Below are positions 1-9,244 of a stretch of 64,000 nt of DNA, in pieces. This stretch comes from Candidatus Poribacteria bacterium (GTDB taxonomy: Bacteria; Poribacteria; WGA-4E; WGA-3G), in contig OZ251518.1 of assembly GCA_965242965.1 (NCBI GenBank), positions 4,672,001 through 4,736,000 on the forward strand, written 5' to 3'. The notes under the pieces are model-generated. The model was not told where the DNA came from and made no database searches. It saw only the letters and a program-made list of their open reading frames with translations. The translations under genes and the position numbers were made by a program. Position 1 is the stretch's first letter; the number at the start of each line of letters is the position of its first letter.

Positions 1-2
1 CA

Positions 3-1826
3 TGGGCCCTCGGCGAAGTCAAAGGCGATGCAGTCATCGCACCGCTCGTTAACGCGCTGAAAAAGGACAAACAAGGCGTGGTTCGGCAAGAATCTGCCAT
101 CGCGCTCGGCAAAATCAAAGGACAGAAAGTGATAGAACCACTGCTAGATGTGCTGAGAAACGATAAGTATGAGACAACTCGGTTTGAAGCGGCGAAGGCA
201 CTACGAGAAATACAGGCTGGTGATAAGGGCCTCGTTGAGATTGTCGAAAAGGGATTGGGCAGTTTTGACGACGGCTACGAAGTCCAATCTGTCCAAAATG
301 AGGTGCTCGGTGCTTTAATCAAAGACGGCAATGATGCGACATCAAACTTCGCGATGGACGCGCTCAAATCAGCCGACGACGAATGGACGCGCTGGGCCCT
401 CGTGCATGTCATTGGGAGCCTGAATAAAAAACCTGCCGTTGATACCCTATTGGCGGAATTGAAGCATCCCAGTTACGTCATCCGCAAACGGGCGGCGGGC
501 GAACTCGGCGGGTTTAAGGAACGGCGGACGGTTGAGCCTTTAATCGCGGTGCTTGAAAATCGCGATGAAGCAAAGTCGATTCGGGCGGCCGCTGCGGTTT
601 CGCTTGGCGCGCTGAAAGACGAACGCGCTGTCGCGCCCTTGCAAACTGCGCTTGAAGACGAACACGCTGAAATCCGATTACAGGCTGCAGCCGCCCTCGG
701 CACACTCAAGGATGCGAAAGCCGTCCCGAAACTGAGCCAGATGGTTGAAAACCCGCTGGAAGCGGATAACGTCCGTGCCGCTGCCGCTGCTGCACTCGGT
801 AACATCGGGGATAAAACGGCGGAGGCGGTGCTTATTCGAGCATTGGATATCCGCGTCGGCGAGATTGCCAACAATGCTATTGTCGCCTTGGGGAAACTCA
901 AGAGCGAAACGGCTGTCCCACGCTTAGTCGCTATTCTTGGAGACAAGGCGATAACCTTGGATGCCAGCACGGATGCATTGGCGAAGGCATCGGCGCGCAC
1001 GAAAGCAGCAACGGCTCTCGGCGAAATTGGAGGAGCTCTTGCCGCCGAAGCGGTGGGTAAACGGCTCGTTGACGATACGGAATATATCGTCGCGCTCCAA
1101 GATGCAGGCGAAAGGCAAGCGACAGGACAAGACCGGCTCAAGCGCAACTGGAGCTGGGAGGTTTTCGTCAATGCAGCCAAAAAGTTGGAGCTGCCGGCAG
1201 CGGTTGGACCGGAAATGGCGGAACGCGCCGCCGATGAATGGGAAGACTTCCAAGTCCGGAACGCCGCCATGGTGGTTTCAGTACGGAGCAAAGCCGGCGA
1301 TGCGGCGATGGATGTCTCGCTCATCAAGCAGCGGTTGGCTGACTCAAATGTCGATATCCGAAAAGCCGCCGCCCTCGGTGTCGGACAAGGAGGTGTCGCC
1401 GCGCTCACGGCAGACCTGGTTCAAATTATGAAGGGCGAAACCGAAGAGGATAAAGATGTTCGGCGCGCCGCAACACAGGGACTCGGCGAATTGGCAGACG
1501 TTGCAACAACCGATGTGCTCATCGAAGTGATGAACAACGATGACAATCACGTCGAAATCCGCAGAGATGCCTCGCGCGCGCTTGGCAAAATCGGAACGGA
1601 TAAAGCGGCGGCCGCGCTTGTTGCAAAACTCACCGAATTGCGTGATGCAAACATCACGCGGGGATTTCAACTCGATCTCATCAAGGCTCTCGGCGATGCG
1701 AAACAGGCAAACGGAGTGCAACTGCTTGAGACAATTCTCGAAGACTCGGACGCGGAGATTCATTTCCAAGCCGCGGCCGCGCTCTTTGAAATTACGGGGA
1801 AAGGCTACGGCTATAATCGGCTATAG
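3..1826 (+). CDS. HEAT-repeat (PBS lyase-like) protein, 5'-partial
   Basis: Repeated L-x-D-x4-(V/I)R-x-AA-x-ALG-x-(I/L)-x-D units throughout. The frame is open from base 3 (WALGEVKGDAVIAPLVNALKK), so the gene starts upstream of the window. Confidence 0.9.
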   Translation, partial: WALGEVKGDAVIAPLVNALKKDKQGVVRQESAIALGKIKGQKVIEPLLDVLRNDKYETTRFEAAKALREIQAGDKGLVEIVEKGLGSFDDGYEVQSVQNEVLGALIKDGNDATSNFAMDALKSADDEWTRWALVHVIGSLNKKPAVDTLLAELKHPSYVIRKRAAGELGGFKERRTVEPLIAVLENRDEAKSIRAAAAVSLGALKDERAVAPLQTALEDEHAEIRLQAAAALGTLKDAKAVPKLSQMVENPLEADNVRAAAAAALGNIGDKTAEAVLIRALDIRVGEIANNAIVALGKLKSETAVPRLVAILGDKAITLDASTDALAKASARTKAATALGEIGGALAAEAVGKRLVDDTEYIVALQDAGERQATGQDRLKRNWSWEVFVNAAKKLELPAAVGPEMAERAADEWEDFQVRNAAMVVSVRSKAGDAAMDVSLIKQRLADSNVDIRKAAALGVGQGGVAALTADLVQIMKGETEEDKDVRRAATQGLGELADVATTDVLIEVMNNDDNHVEIRRDASRALGKIGTDKAAAALVAKLTELRDANITRGFQLDLIKALGDAKQANGVQLLETILEDSDAEIHFQAAAALFEITGKGYGYNRL

Positions 1827-1864
1827 GCGTAGGCGAGCCCTCGAAGAAAATGACCCCCGCACGC

Positions 1865-1928
1865 CCGTAGCGCGGGGGCCTGTCCCCCGCGATCGCAGCC
1901 TGGCGAGGGACAGGCCCTCGCCCTACGG
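1865..1928. repeat. REP doublet, family A (GTAG-CGCGGGG(G)CCTGTCCCCCGCG facing GTAG-GGCGAGGGCCTGTCCCTCGCC)
   Basis: Two inverted GTAG-footed palindromes. The same unit recurs near 9843, 13800, 22647 and 58960. Confidence 0.9.
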
Positions 1929-2000
1929 TGAAGAAAACGGCCCCCGCGAACGTAAAGAGACAACGGGGCTTACCAATATTAACATTTACAGGAGATTTTT

Positions 2001-2324
2001 ATGGCTTTCTTTGAATTACGGCAATACCGAACGAAACCCGGTCAGCGCGATAACTGGGTGAAATACATGGAAGAAACGGTCATCCCCTATCAGATTTCCA
2101 AAGGAATGGTAGTGATTGGCAGTTTCATCGGTGAAGAAGAGGACGACCTTTACGTCTGGATTCGCCGGTTTGAGAGCGAGGAACAGCGTGAGCGGCTCTA
2201 TGCCGCCGTTTATGAAGACGAGCGGTGGGTAAACGAGATCTCCCCGCGAGTCGGTGAATTGTTGGACCGGGAGCAGATTGTCGTCACGCGGCTCGTGCCG
2301 ACATCGCGTTCGGCGCATCAGTAG
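2001..2324 (+). CDS. NIPSNAP family protein
   Basis: FELRQYRTKPG...VWIRRF pattern, 107 aa, AGGAG RBS. Confidence 0.85.
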   Translation: MAFFELRQYRTKPGQRDNWVKYMEETVIPYQISKGMVVIGSFIGEEEDDLYVWIRRFESEEQRERLYAAVYEDERWVNEISPRVGELLDREQIVVTRLVPTSRSAHQ

Positions 2325-2388
2325 AACCCGCGGGGTTTCTTTTTCGGGTAGGCGCGCTTTGCAAGCGCGCCGCACACGAGGTGATAGA

Positions 2389-3135
2389 ATGAACGCAAAA
2401 GAGAAATATCTGTTCGACCTGGGTGGGTATATCAACGTCGAGAACGTCCTGTCCGCCGATGAACTTGAGGAACTGAACACTCTCATTGACGAACAAACGT
2501 ATGATGCCCCGAAGGACGACAGCATCCATTCACAGCGGTTCGGTGGGTTTCTGAATTGGGAGAACGATGCCTTCCGGCGGCTCCTCAACCATCCCCGCCT
2601 CATGCCGTTCTTAGAGGAGATAGTCGGACCGAAGTTTCGGTTGGACCACGTCTACGGCATCCTTATGCAGGATGGAAACCCCGGCGGCACACTACACGGC
2701 GGCGGCACACCGTATGATCCGGCTCAATACTACGTCTTCCGCAACGGAAGAATGTATAACGGCTTAACAGTCGTCTCGTGGGCACTCACCGATATGCAGG
2801 AAGGCGATGGTGGGTTTTGTTGTATCCCCGGTAGCCATAAGAGCAACTATCCGTGCCCGCCGGAGTTTCGGCCAGTGAAGGATAACAAAACCTGCATGGT
2901 GCCTGTCCCACAGAAGGCAGGGGATGCAGTTATCTTTACGGAGGCATTAACGCATGGAACGTTGCCGTGGACGGCGGCGCATCAGCGGCGTTCGATCCTC
3001 TACAAGTATTCGCCGGGGCATTCTTCGTGGGGACAGGGCCGTTATGACGACGAACTCCGCGAGTTGATGACTTCGGAAGACCAGAAGTTAATGTTGGAGC
3101 CGCCTTACGTTTCTAATCGCAAACCTGTAGTTTAA
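2389..3135 (+). CDS. Phytanoyl-CoA dioxygenase (PhyH) family Fe(II)/2OG dioxygenase
   Basis: FDLGGYI, IPGSHK, GDAVIFTEALTHG and RR motifs. Start moved to the ATG at 2389 behind a GAGG RBS. Confidence 0.85.
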   Translation: MNAKEKYLFDLGGYINVENVLSADELEELNTLIDEQTYDAPKDDSIHSQRFGGFLNWENDAFRRLLNHPRLMPFLEEIVGPKFRLDHVYGILMQDGNPGGTLHGGGTPYDPAQYYVFRNGRMYNGLTVVSWALTDMQEGDGGFCCIPGSHKSNYPCPPEFRPVKDNKTCMVPVPQKAGDAVIFTEALTHGTLPWTAAHQRRSILYKYSPGHSSWGQGRYDDELRELMTSEDQKLMLEPPYVSNRKPVV

Positions 3136-3243
3136 AGTTTACTTGGCTACAGCGAACAAACCCGGTAGGCGCGCTTGCAAAGCGCGCCTATCTGAATGAA
3201 ACGTGGGGAATCCTGAAAGAAAAAACTGCCGAGGTATGTTAAA

Positions 3244-6210
3244 ATGAACCACCAACCAGAAAACGTTATCACGTCAGAATTAGTTATCATTCTCAATAAA
3301 ATGAGCGCGACTTGGACGCTAGAGCAACACCAGCGTCCCTTCCGTGATAGCCAGAAAAACCCCGATGTGTTGATGACTAAGAATGGACATGAACCCGTTG
3401 CGATTGAAGCAAAATATGCCGATCCCCAAAACGAAAAACGCCTATTGGAACAAGCGACAAAACATATCGGGCGCGAACTGAAGCTCGGGTATGACTCGTT
3501 AACCAATGTCCTCCACACGGCGATGGCAATTCGCTATCCGGTTTGGCTCAGGGATGTCGCGGGCAGGAACGTTGCACGGAAACTTCGCGATACCGATGAA
3601 CTCCTCTATCTGCTCATCGGGCAGAGTGGCGGCGAAGGTTACCAATTTCCCCGCACGGGATGGGCGAAAGGCACCGTTGCCGATATTGCCAACGCGCTGC
3701 ATGTCGGTGCAATACCGAGGGAACGAATAGATAGAGCCGCCGAGGAGATGGAATACGACATTGGATTCGCCGCGGGATGGCTTGAAGCCGCGATTAAAGA
3801 ACGGCCCATCATCGGGAAGCGAATTGAGACTATCCTGCACCAAGAGGCTGGCGAGCAGACTTACCGCATGGCCATGCTCATTGTCACCGACGCGTTCCTG
3901 TTTCAGTCCTCACTCGCAGGAAAGCCGGGAATGGAACAGGTCCAATCCCTGAAAGCGTGCCTGCAGGACACCGAATTCTCCGCTGTGGTTCATGATTGGG
4001 AGACGATTCTGAGTGTGAACTACATCCCTATCTTTGAGGATGCAAAGCGGATTATAGAAGTCATCGCCACAGATGACAGGCTGATTGATAGACTGCTAGG
4101 GCTCCTCTGCGCGGCTGCGGCAGACCTTGTGGAGACAGGCCTCGCCCAAATCCACGAACTCGCGGGTGAGGTTTTCCAAAAACTCATCGTTGACAGGAAA
4201 TACATTAAGGCGAATTACACACTGCCGACATCGGCGGCACTCCTTGCAACGCTGGTATGCCCAGAATTACCGGCAGGGAAACTGCCGAAAGTCGCCGACT
4301 TCGCCTGCGGCACGGGCTCGCTGCTGAATAGCGTTTACAAGCGCGTGCAACGGCTTTATGAACAAGGCGGCGGGAACTGCGCGGACATTCACCAAGAAAT
4401 GCTGGAAAACAAAATCGGTGGCAGTGATGTCATGCCGAACGCCACGCACATCACGTTTGCATCGCTGGCGAGCACGCACCCCGGCATCCCGCTCGGTGCA
4501 ACCCGCATTATCACCGCGCCCTACGGAAAACAGGATGATGACGTTTACGCACTCGGTTCGTTGGAACTGCTGGACAGCCAGGAACTCTTCGATCCGATGG
4601 AACTCACAGCCGAACAGGTCAACGGCAATGGAAATACCTCCGTCGTCATGAAGCGCGAGTTCCCCGATGGCGAAATGGACATCGTGATTCAAAACCCACC
4701 CTTTATCCGCCCCGGGTCTGACGTAGGGAGAGGGATACCGAAAACAACGTTCCAAGGAACGCAGCGGCCCGCAGAGGAGCAGAAATCCATGCAAGCGGCT
4801 TTAGGGCGAAAACAGACACGCGTCGCACATGGGCAAGCCGGATTCGTCTCCTATTTTGTTGAACTTGCCGATAAAAAATTGTCCGAGAGCGGCACCCTGG
4901 GGTTCATCCTTCCCGCGAGGGTTCTCAATTCGCCACCGGCACAAAAATTGCGGGATATGTTGGCGACGGAATACCACGATGTCGCGGTAATAACCATCGC
5001 TGCCGCGAAGGGACGCGACTGCTCTTTCTCCGCCGATACGGATATGGCGGAATGCATGATTGTCGCGAAGAAGGGGAAGACAGCAACGACAGGCCGCGGC
5101 AAGTTCATCTGCCTCAACGCGCGCCCCCAAAATGACCTGGAAGCCATCGCGCTGGCCGATTATATCACCAAAACGGTGGATGCCCGCGCCTTGGAAGACG
5201 CGCCGAGTGGTGGGAATATCATCCGCATTGGAGACGAGCCAGTGGGACAGATGCTTAGGTGTCCGCTGCCGGCCGGAGAAACTTGGATAGCGGTGCGGAT
5301 AAAATCGATGGCACTGCTTCAATCCTTTCATCAACTCGTCAGTGAAAAAACGTTGTGGGTGCCGACGCATGTAGAGACGGTGCAGATTCCGGTGTGCCGG
5401 GTTGATGAGATAGCGACCCCTGCGAGTAACGATTCAAGAGGCGTGTTTGAGATGGTGAAAGGCAATAGCGGCGATGGGTATCCCTGCCTGTGGAACGCGA
5501 ACAGTTATCAGCAGCGAGCCATGGTCGTGCATCCAGATTCCCGCGGGATACCGATTCCCGGGGCGGAGCAAAAGGTGCGGCGGCGCGTGCGGTTCAATAG
5601 TCGGGCACATTACAATGTGCTTTTGGGGATGGCATCGCACTCAGTGGCAGTTCTATTGACAGAGGCACCCGCAATCGGCGCGAAACCGATGACGAATGTC
5701 TGGTTTGAAAACCCGCGTCACGAGATTCCCTTTACGCTTTGGTGCAATTCTACGCTTGGATTGTTATGTCACTGGGGACATTGCAATAAGCAGCAAACCA
5801 GCCGCGGTATGTTGTCGCTTGAAACCTTACGCAGCCTACCAACGCTGGATGTGCGTGCCTTGAGCGATGCCCAACTCTCGGCTGCCGAGACAGTCTTCGC
5901 TGACATGAAGTATGAGCGGATGCTGCCTTTCAACGAGTGTTGGGATGACGCTGCACGGCAACGGCTAGATGAACGGTTACTTACCGAGGTGCTCGGTATC
6001 ACCGACCCGGGTGTCCATGCGGCGATGCAAACGCTGCGAGATCTGCTTAGCGCGGAGCCGAGTGTCAACGGCGCAAAGAAATCCCGATGCGACCTGCAGC
6101 AGGAATTAGAAGCCCTGGCAGAACAGGGTATCGTGCTACCGGGGATGACAAATGGAGAAAATCCTGACGCAACTCCCGCCGGAAATGAGCCACAAACTCC
6201 GCTCAAGTAG
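3244..6210 (+). CDS. Fused restriction endonuclease / N6-adenine DNA methyltransferase (Type IIG/IIL-like)
   Basis: N-terminal PD-x(n)-EAK (PDVLMTKNGHEPVAIEAK), motif I ADFACGTGSLL, motif IV IVIQNPPF, long C-terminal putative target-recognition region. Confidence 0.8.
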   Translation: MNHQPENVITSELVIILNKMSATWTLEQHQRPFRDSQKNPDVLMTKNGHEPVAIEAKYADPQNEKRLLEQATKHIGRELKLGYDSLTNVLHTAMAIRYPVWLRDVAGRNVARKLRDTDELLYLLIGQSGGEGYQFPRTGWAKGTVADIANALHVGAIPRERIDRAAEEMEYDIGFAAGWLEAAIKERPIIGKRIETILHQEAGEQTYRMAMLIVTDAFLFQSSLAGKPGMEQVQSLKACLQDTEFSAVVHDWETILSVNYIPIFEDAKRIIEVIATDDRLIDRLLGLLCAAAADLVETGLAQIHELAGEVFQKLIVDRKYIKANYTLPTSAALLATLVCPELPAGKLPKVADFACGTGSLLNSVYKRVQRLYEQGGGNCADIHQEMLENKIGGSDVMPNATHITFASLASTHPGIPLGATRIITAPYGKQDDDVYALGSLELLDSQELFDPMELTAEQVNGNGNTSVVMKREFPDGEMDIVIQNPPFIRPGSDVGRGIPKTTFQGTQRPAEEQKSMQAALGRKQTRVAHGQAGFVSYFVELADKKLSESGTLGFILPARVLNSPPAQKLRDMLATEYHDVAVITIAAAKGRDCSFSADTDMAECMIVAKKGKTATTGRGKFICLNARPQNDLEAIALADYITKTVDARALEDAPSGGNIIRIGDEPVGQMLRCPLPAGETWIAVRIKSMALLQSFHQLVSEKTLWVPTHVETVQIPVCRVDEIATPASNDSRGVFEMVKGNSGDGYPCLWNANSYQQRAMVVHPDSRGIPIPGAEQKVRRRVRFNSRAHYNVLLGMASHSVAVLLTEAPAIGAKPMTNVWFENPRHEIPFTLWCNSTLGLLCHWGHCNKQQTSRGMLSLETLRSLPTLDVRALSDAQLSAAETVFADMKYERMLPFNECWDDAARQRLDERLLTEVLGITDPGVHAAMQTLRDLLSAEPSVNGAKKSRCDLQQELEALAEQGIVLPGMTNGENPDATPAGNEPQTPLK

Positions 6211-6225
6211 GAGAACTACCCCGCA

Positions 6226-6579
6226 ATGAGACGCAACAACTTCATCACGCCAGTGTGGAAGAAAAAGAACGCTATCCTTGACTGTTTCATAGATATAGCG
6301 TGCATCTTCGTAATCTTCATGCTCGTCACATCCGAGACGCTCAACCTTGACTCAATAGGAAAATTAGGCGATGGAGATCCTCGAGAGGAAATCGCACTAG
6401 TCCTTGCTGCCGGAGCGGCTGTAGTCCGCCTGGTCTTAACTGTCGCTGTTTTCACCACAGCACCGGGATGGGCACCTGTAGCCGCAGCGGTTGGAGCCGG
6501 CTTGCTGTTCGTCAGTATATGTCTCGTCGCCTGGGATTACTTTGATGGTAACGATACAGGGATGTTCAAGTTCAACTGA
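6226..6579 (+). CDS. Small exported/membrane protein with Gly/Ala-rich hydrophobic hairpin (bacteriocin-like, paralog 1)
   Basis: AGGAG RBS; hydrophobic N-terminal segment; shares GDPREEIALV...TAPxW...GAG...WDxFDG with the next gene. Confidence 0.65.
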   Translation: MRRNNFITPVWKKKNAILDCFIDIACIFVIFMLVTSETLNLDSIGKLGDGDPREEIALVLAAGAAVVRLVLTVAVFTTAPGWAPVAAAVGAGLLFVSICLVAWDYFDGNDTGMFKFN

Positions 6580-6620
6580 CCTCATTGTGACACCGGTGGC
6601 GGCAGCGCGTGTTGCAAGCG

Positions 6621-6718
6621 GGAGGCACCCGGCACAACAACCAAAGAAAGGTAGGAGAGACCTCCCGGTCTCGATGCACATCTGCTACGGAGGCACCCGG
6701 CACAACAACCAGAGAAAG
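6621..6718. repeat. 30-bp direct repeats (6621-6650, 6689-6718) flanking a family B REP (GTAGGAGAGACCTCCCGGTCTCGA)
   Basis: GGAGGCACCCGGCACAACAACCA(A/G)AGAAAG occurs twice with one mismatch. Confidence 0.9.
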
Positions 6719-6761
6719 TCCCGTTAAGGAACCTCTTGACATATTTCGGGCGAGACTCAAT

Positions 6762-7175
6762 ATGAAAAAGTTGTCATTACTCCAAGCTTTCACGATGATG
6801 ACGTTATATTTATGCGTTTTCACGACTGCCGGTCCCCAGGTCTTCAGCGATGGCCATGGAGACGCAGGCGATCCGCGAGAGGAAATCGCACTAGTCGCCG
6901 GCTTCGTAGCAGTTGCAGCCTGGAGTTTCGCCGCTGGAGGTGCCATTGCCGCAGGTGCCGCCACAGCACCTGTATGGGTAACTGTCGTCGGTGGCATTGG
7001 TGCTGGCGCGGGGATTATCAGCGCAGGTTGCGCCATCTGGGATCACTTTGATGGTCCCGAGGATAACTGCAACGATTGTGATGGCAGGGGATGCCCAACA
7101 TGCGAGCCACCCGATGACGACGACTGTCCCAATTGTGATGGCAGTGGATGCGACACTTGTAATCCATCGCAGTGA
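6762..7175 (+). CDS. Exported bacteriocin-like protein (paralog 2) with two C-terminal CxxCxGxGCxxC repeats
   Basis: Signal-peptide-like MKKLSLL...VFS, shared GDPREEIALV and WDHFDG motifs, acidic tail with CNDCDGRGCPTC and CPNCDGSGCDTC. Confidence 0.7.
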   Translation: MKKLSLLQAFTMMTLYLCVFTTAGPQVFSDGHGDAGDPREEIALVAGFVAVAAWSFAAGGAIAAGAATAPVWVTVVGGIGAGAGIISAGCAIWDHFDGPEDNCNDCDGRGCPTCEPPDDDDCPNCDGSGCDTCNPSQ

Positions 7176-7250
7176 AAATGGACAGCGCGCCTATCTCTAT
7201 AAGTCAATCTCCCGATCTTGCGGTTTGCGAATCAAAAACCCTTCCACTTC

Positions 7251-7284
7251 AGCCCCTGGTCTCCGGACCGGGGGCTCTTTTTTT
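7251..7284 (+). terminator. Rho-independent terminator
   Basis: AGCCCCTGGTC-TCCG-GACCGGGGGCT hairpin followed by T7. Confidence 0.8.
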
Positions 7285-7288
7285 AATT

Positions 7289-7580
7289 CCTACGGGAGCG
7301 GGTGCTCCCGAACTACAGAGGTGAATGTGGTATCTTCTCAGTAGGCGCGCCCTCCCTGTCTTGATGTCCTCCTTGGCTCATTCGGGAGCGGGTGCTCCCG
7401 AACTACAGAGGTAATGTGGTATCTTCTCGGTAGGAGAGACCTCCCGGTCTCAATGCACCCCGTAGGAGAGACCTCCTGGTCTCAATTTCGGTAAGCGCAC
7501 AACCTCCAGGTCGCAATACCTTCTCCCGGTAGGAGAGACCTCCTGGTCTCGATTTCAGTAGGCGTGCCCCCCAGTCTCAA
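7289..7580. repeat. Mixed REP cluster (families E and B)
   Basis: Two copies of CGGGAGCGGGTGCTCCCGAACTAC at 90-bp spacing, three GTAGGAGAGACCTCC(C/T)GGTCTC units and degenerate copies. Confidence 0.85.
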
Positions 7581-7816
7581 TATTTTCAATCCCGAACCAT
7601 TATGGCTTCCCAAAAGGTCAGCCGACCGGCATTTTTCGCGCGCAATTTCGGAAAATTGTAGCGCATCACGCATAATTTTGCCCATTCCATCCAAAAATCC
7701 AAAAAAATTTCATAAAAATCCAAAAAATTCCTAAAAAAACGACCTTTTGTTGAATTTTTCTGAACCGTTTCCCGATAACTCCCCCTTTATAGTTAAACCC
7801 AACCGGATTATCGGTT

Positions 7817-8377
7817 ATGAGAGACGATTCAGGAACAACACAGACGGACGAAGAATTGATTCGGCTAGTTCAAGCCAGGGACGAGATAGCACTTGGGCAA
7901 CTGATAGGACGATATGATCAGGATATATGGCCCATGATTCTCGCGAGGTCCCGTGACGTTAGAGATGCCGAAGAAATACGCTCCAACACATGGATAGCGG
8001 TGTGGGAAAATATCCACCGTTTGCGGAATGTGCGCAGTTTCCGCGCGTGGTTGTGGAAGATTGCTTACAACGCGTGCGATCGATTTTACGCCACTCGTTT
8101 CCATACGATGGGCGAAATCCCCGAGGAGGTTGATGTCCTCGCGGCACGCCTAGTCGAGGAGGCAGAAATCCGCTATCGCGAAGCACAGCGGAGAGCGGAT
8201 GTGCGAGAAGCCGTTCGCAATCTGCCTGAGAAGTTGCGCGACGTGGCTGTGTTGCGTTTTTTGAAACAGTGGAACATCGCCGAGATTGCTGAAGGACTTG
8301 ATATGCCTGAGGGCACTGTCAAGCGCAAATGTAGCGAAGCTCGGGCGATTCTCCGCGAAACCCTCAAACCTGACTAG
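7817..8377 (+). CDS. ECF-type RNA polymerase sigma-70 factor
   Basis: TDEELI...DAEEI...SFRAWLWKIAYN (region 2) and LP...IAEIAEGLDMPEGTVKR (region 4). Confidence 0.9.
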   Translation: MRDDSGTTQTDEELIRLVQARDEIALGQLIGRYDQDIWPMILARSRDVRDAEEIRSNTWIAVWENIHRLRNVRSFRAWLWKIAYNACDRFYATRFHTMGEIPEEVDVLAARLVEEAEIRYREAQRRADVREAVRNLPEKLRDVAVLRFLKQWNIAEIAEGLDMPEGTVKRKCSEARAILRETLKPD

Positions 8378-8485
8378 GACTTCTAAACCACCAGTGATGG
8401 TTCGGTTGGATGTGTGTTTAGCAAATAGGTGACTTAGGCAACTCAACGTTTTTGGGCGGCAAGAAAGTTACCTCATTTTTCCAAG

Positions 8486-8506
8486 TTTCCATCACCGTGA
8501 TGGAAA
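8486..8506. promoter_or_regulatory. Perfect palindrome TTTCCATCAC-C-GTGATGGAAA, candidate operator
   Basis: 10-bp arms with a 1-nt centre, about 30 bp upstream of the start codon at 8538. Confidence 0.5.
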
Positions 8507-8537
8507 AACCAATTTAACCAAAAAAGGAGAATTTAGA

Positions 8538-8927
8538 ATGCGTAATCAGTTAATGCTCACTGCGTTGATTGTGCTGCTTGCCTTTGCACTTTCTTCGCCG
8601 ACTGCGACTTTTTCCGCTATGACACATTGTTCGGACTGTGGAGCGGAAGCGCACCATAACCCCGCGGATTGCGTCAGATACGAACACGCATCCGATTGTC
8701 CGTGTGCCAGTTGTGCCGACAGCGACGCGGACGCACCATCGGTTATTGACAATTTCCTTGTCCCGCTCAGTAACGAGCTGCCGTTTACCGATGCCATGAG
8801 AGGTTTCCTGGAAATATGTACCTACCACTGGAATGATTTCTGGAGTGGCGTTTCCGAGATAGCAAGCAGATCCTCGAGTACGCCCGACCCCCGGACACCC
8901 TCCCAGCGGGTAAACCATCAGTACTAA
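8538..8927 (+). CDS. Exported Cys/His-rich small protein
   Basis: AAGGAG RBS; signal peptide ending TFS; HCSDC...HH...C...H...CPCASC cluster. Confidence 0.75.
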   Translation: MRNQLMLTALIVLLAFALSSPTATFSAMTHCSDCGAEAHHNPADCVRYEHASDCPCASCADSDADAPSVIDNFLVPLSNELPFTDAMRGFLEICTYHWNDFWSGVSEIASRSSSTPDPRTPSQRVNHQY

Positions 8928-8935
8928 ACGGCACC

Positions 8936-8979
8936 AAAAAACGCGCGCGGCCCGTATTCCGGTCGCGCGCGTTTTTTTT
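8936..8979. terminator. Bidirectional Rho-independent terminator
   Basis: A-tract, CGCGCGCGGCC/GGTCGCGCGCG stem and T-tract between convergent genes. Confidence 0.85.
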
Positions 8980-9244
8980 ACATGTTCGTGAAAACTACGA
9001 ACAAATAGAGCCAAACCAGCAGAACCACCGGTGCAGCGAGGTGAATCCAGAAATTATCGGGAAACCATCCTCTTTGCAACATCCATGAGAGGCAGCACCA
9101 ACTCAGCAAAAGACCTCCAAAGAACCGAAAATCCTTTGCTTTGCCACCGTGCCACATAATTATCCCAACGAGTAGCAACGTCAAAGCGACATCAAACACC
9201 CTTTCCAATGTACGCTTAGACCTCGTCAAAAATCTAAATTTCAT
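8978..9244 (-). CDS. Small membrane protein with about three TM helices
   Basis: AAGGAG RBS; three hydrophobic segments in 88 aa. Confidence 0.65.
   Translation of the reverse strand: MKFRFLTRSKRTLERVFDVALTLLLVGIIMWHGGKAKDFRFFGGLLLSWCCLSWMLQRGWFPDNFWIHLAAPVVLLVWLYLFVVFTNM

Noticed and set aside
473-1408. Long antisense ORF (similar cases at 9790-10743, 12415-13260, 23179-24105 and 42819-43703)
   Set aside because: Shadow frames opposite well-supported genes in GC-rich DNA, with no recognisable motifs.
4723-4740. GTAGGGAGAGGG inside the methyltransferase gene resembling a family A REP arm
   Set aside because: Only 12 nt with no second arm; compatible with chance.
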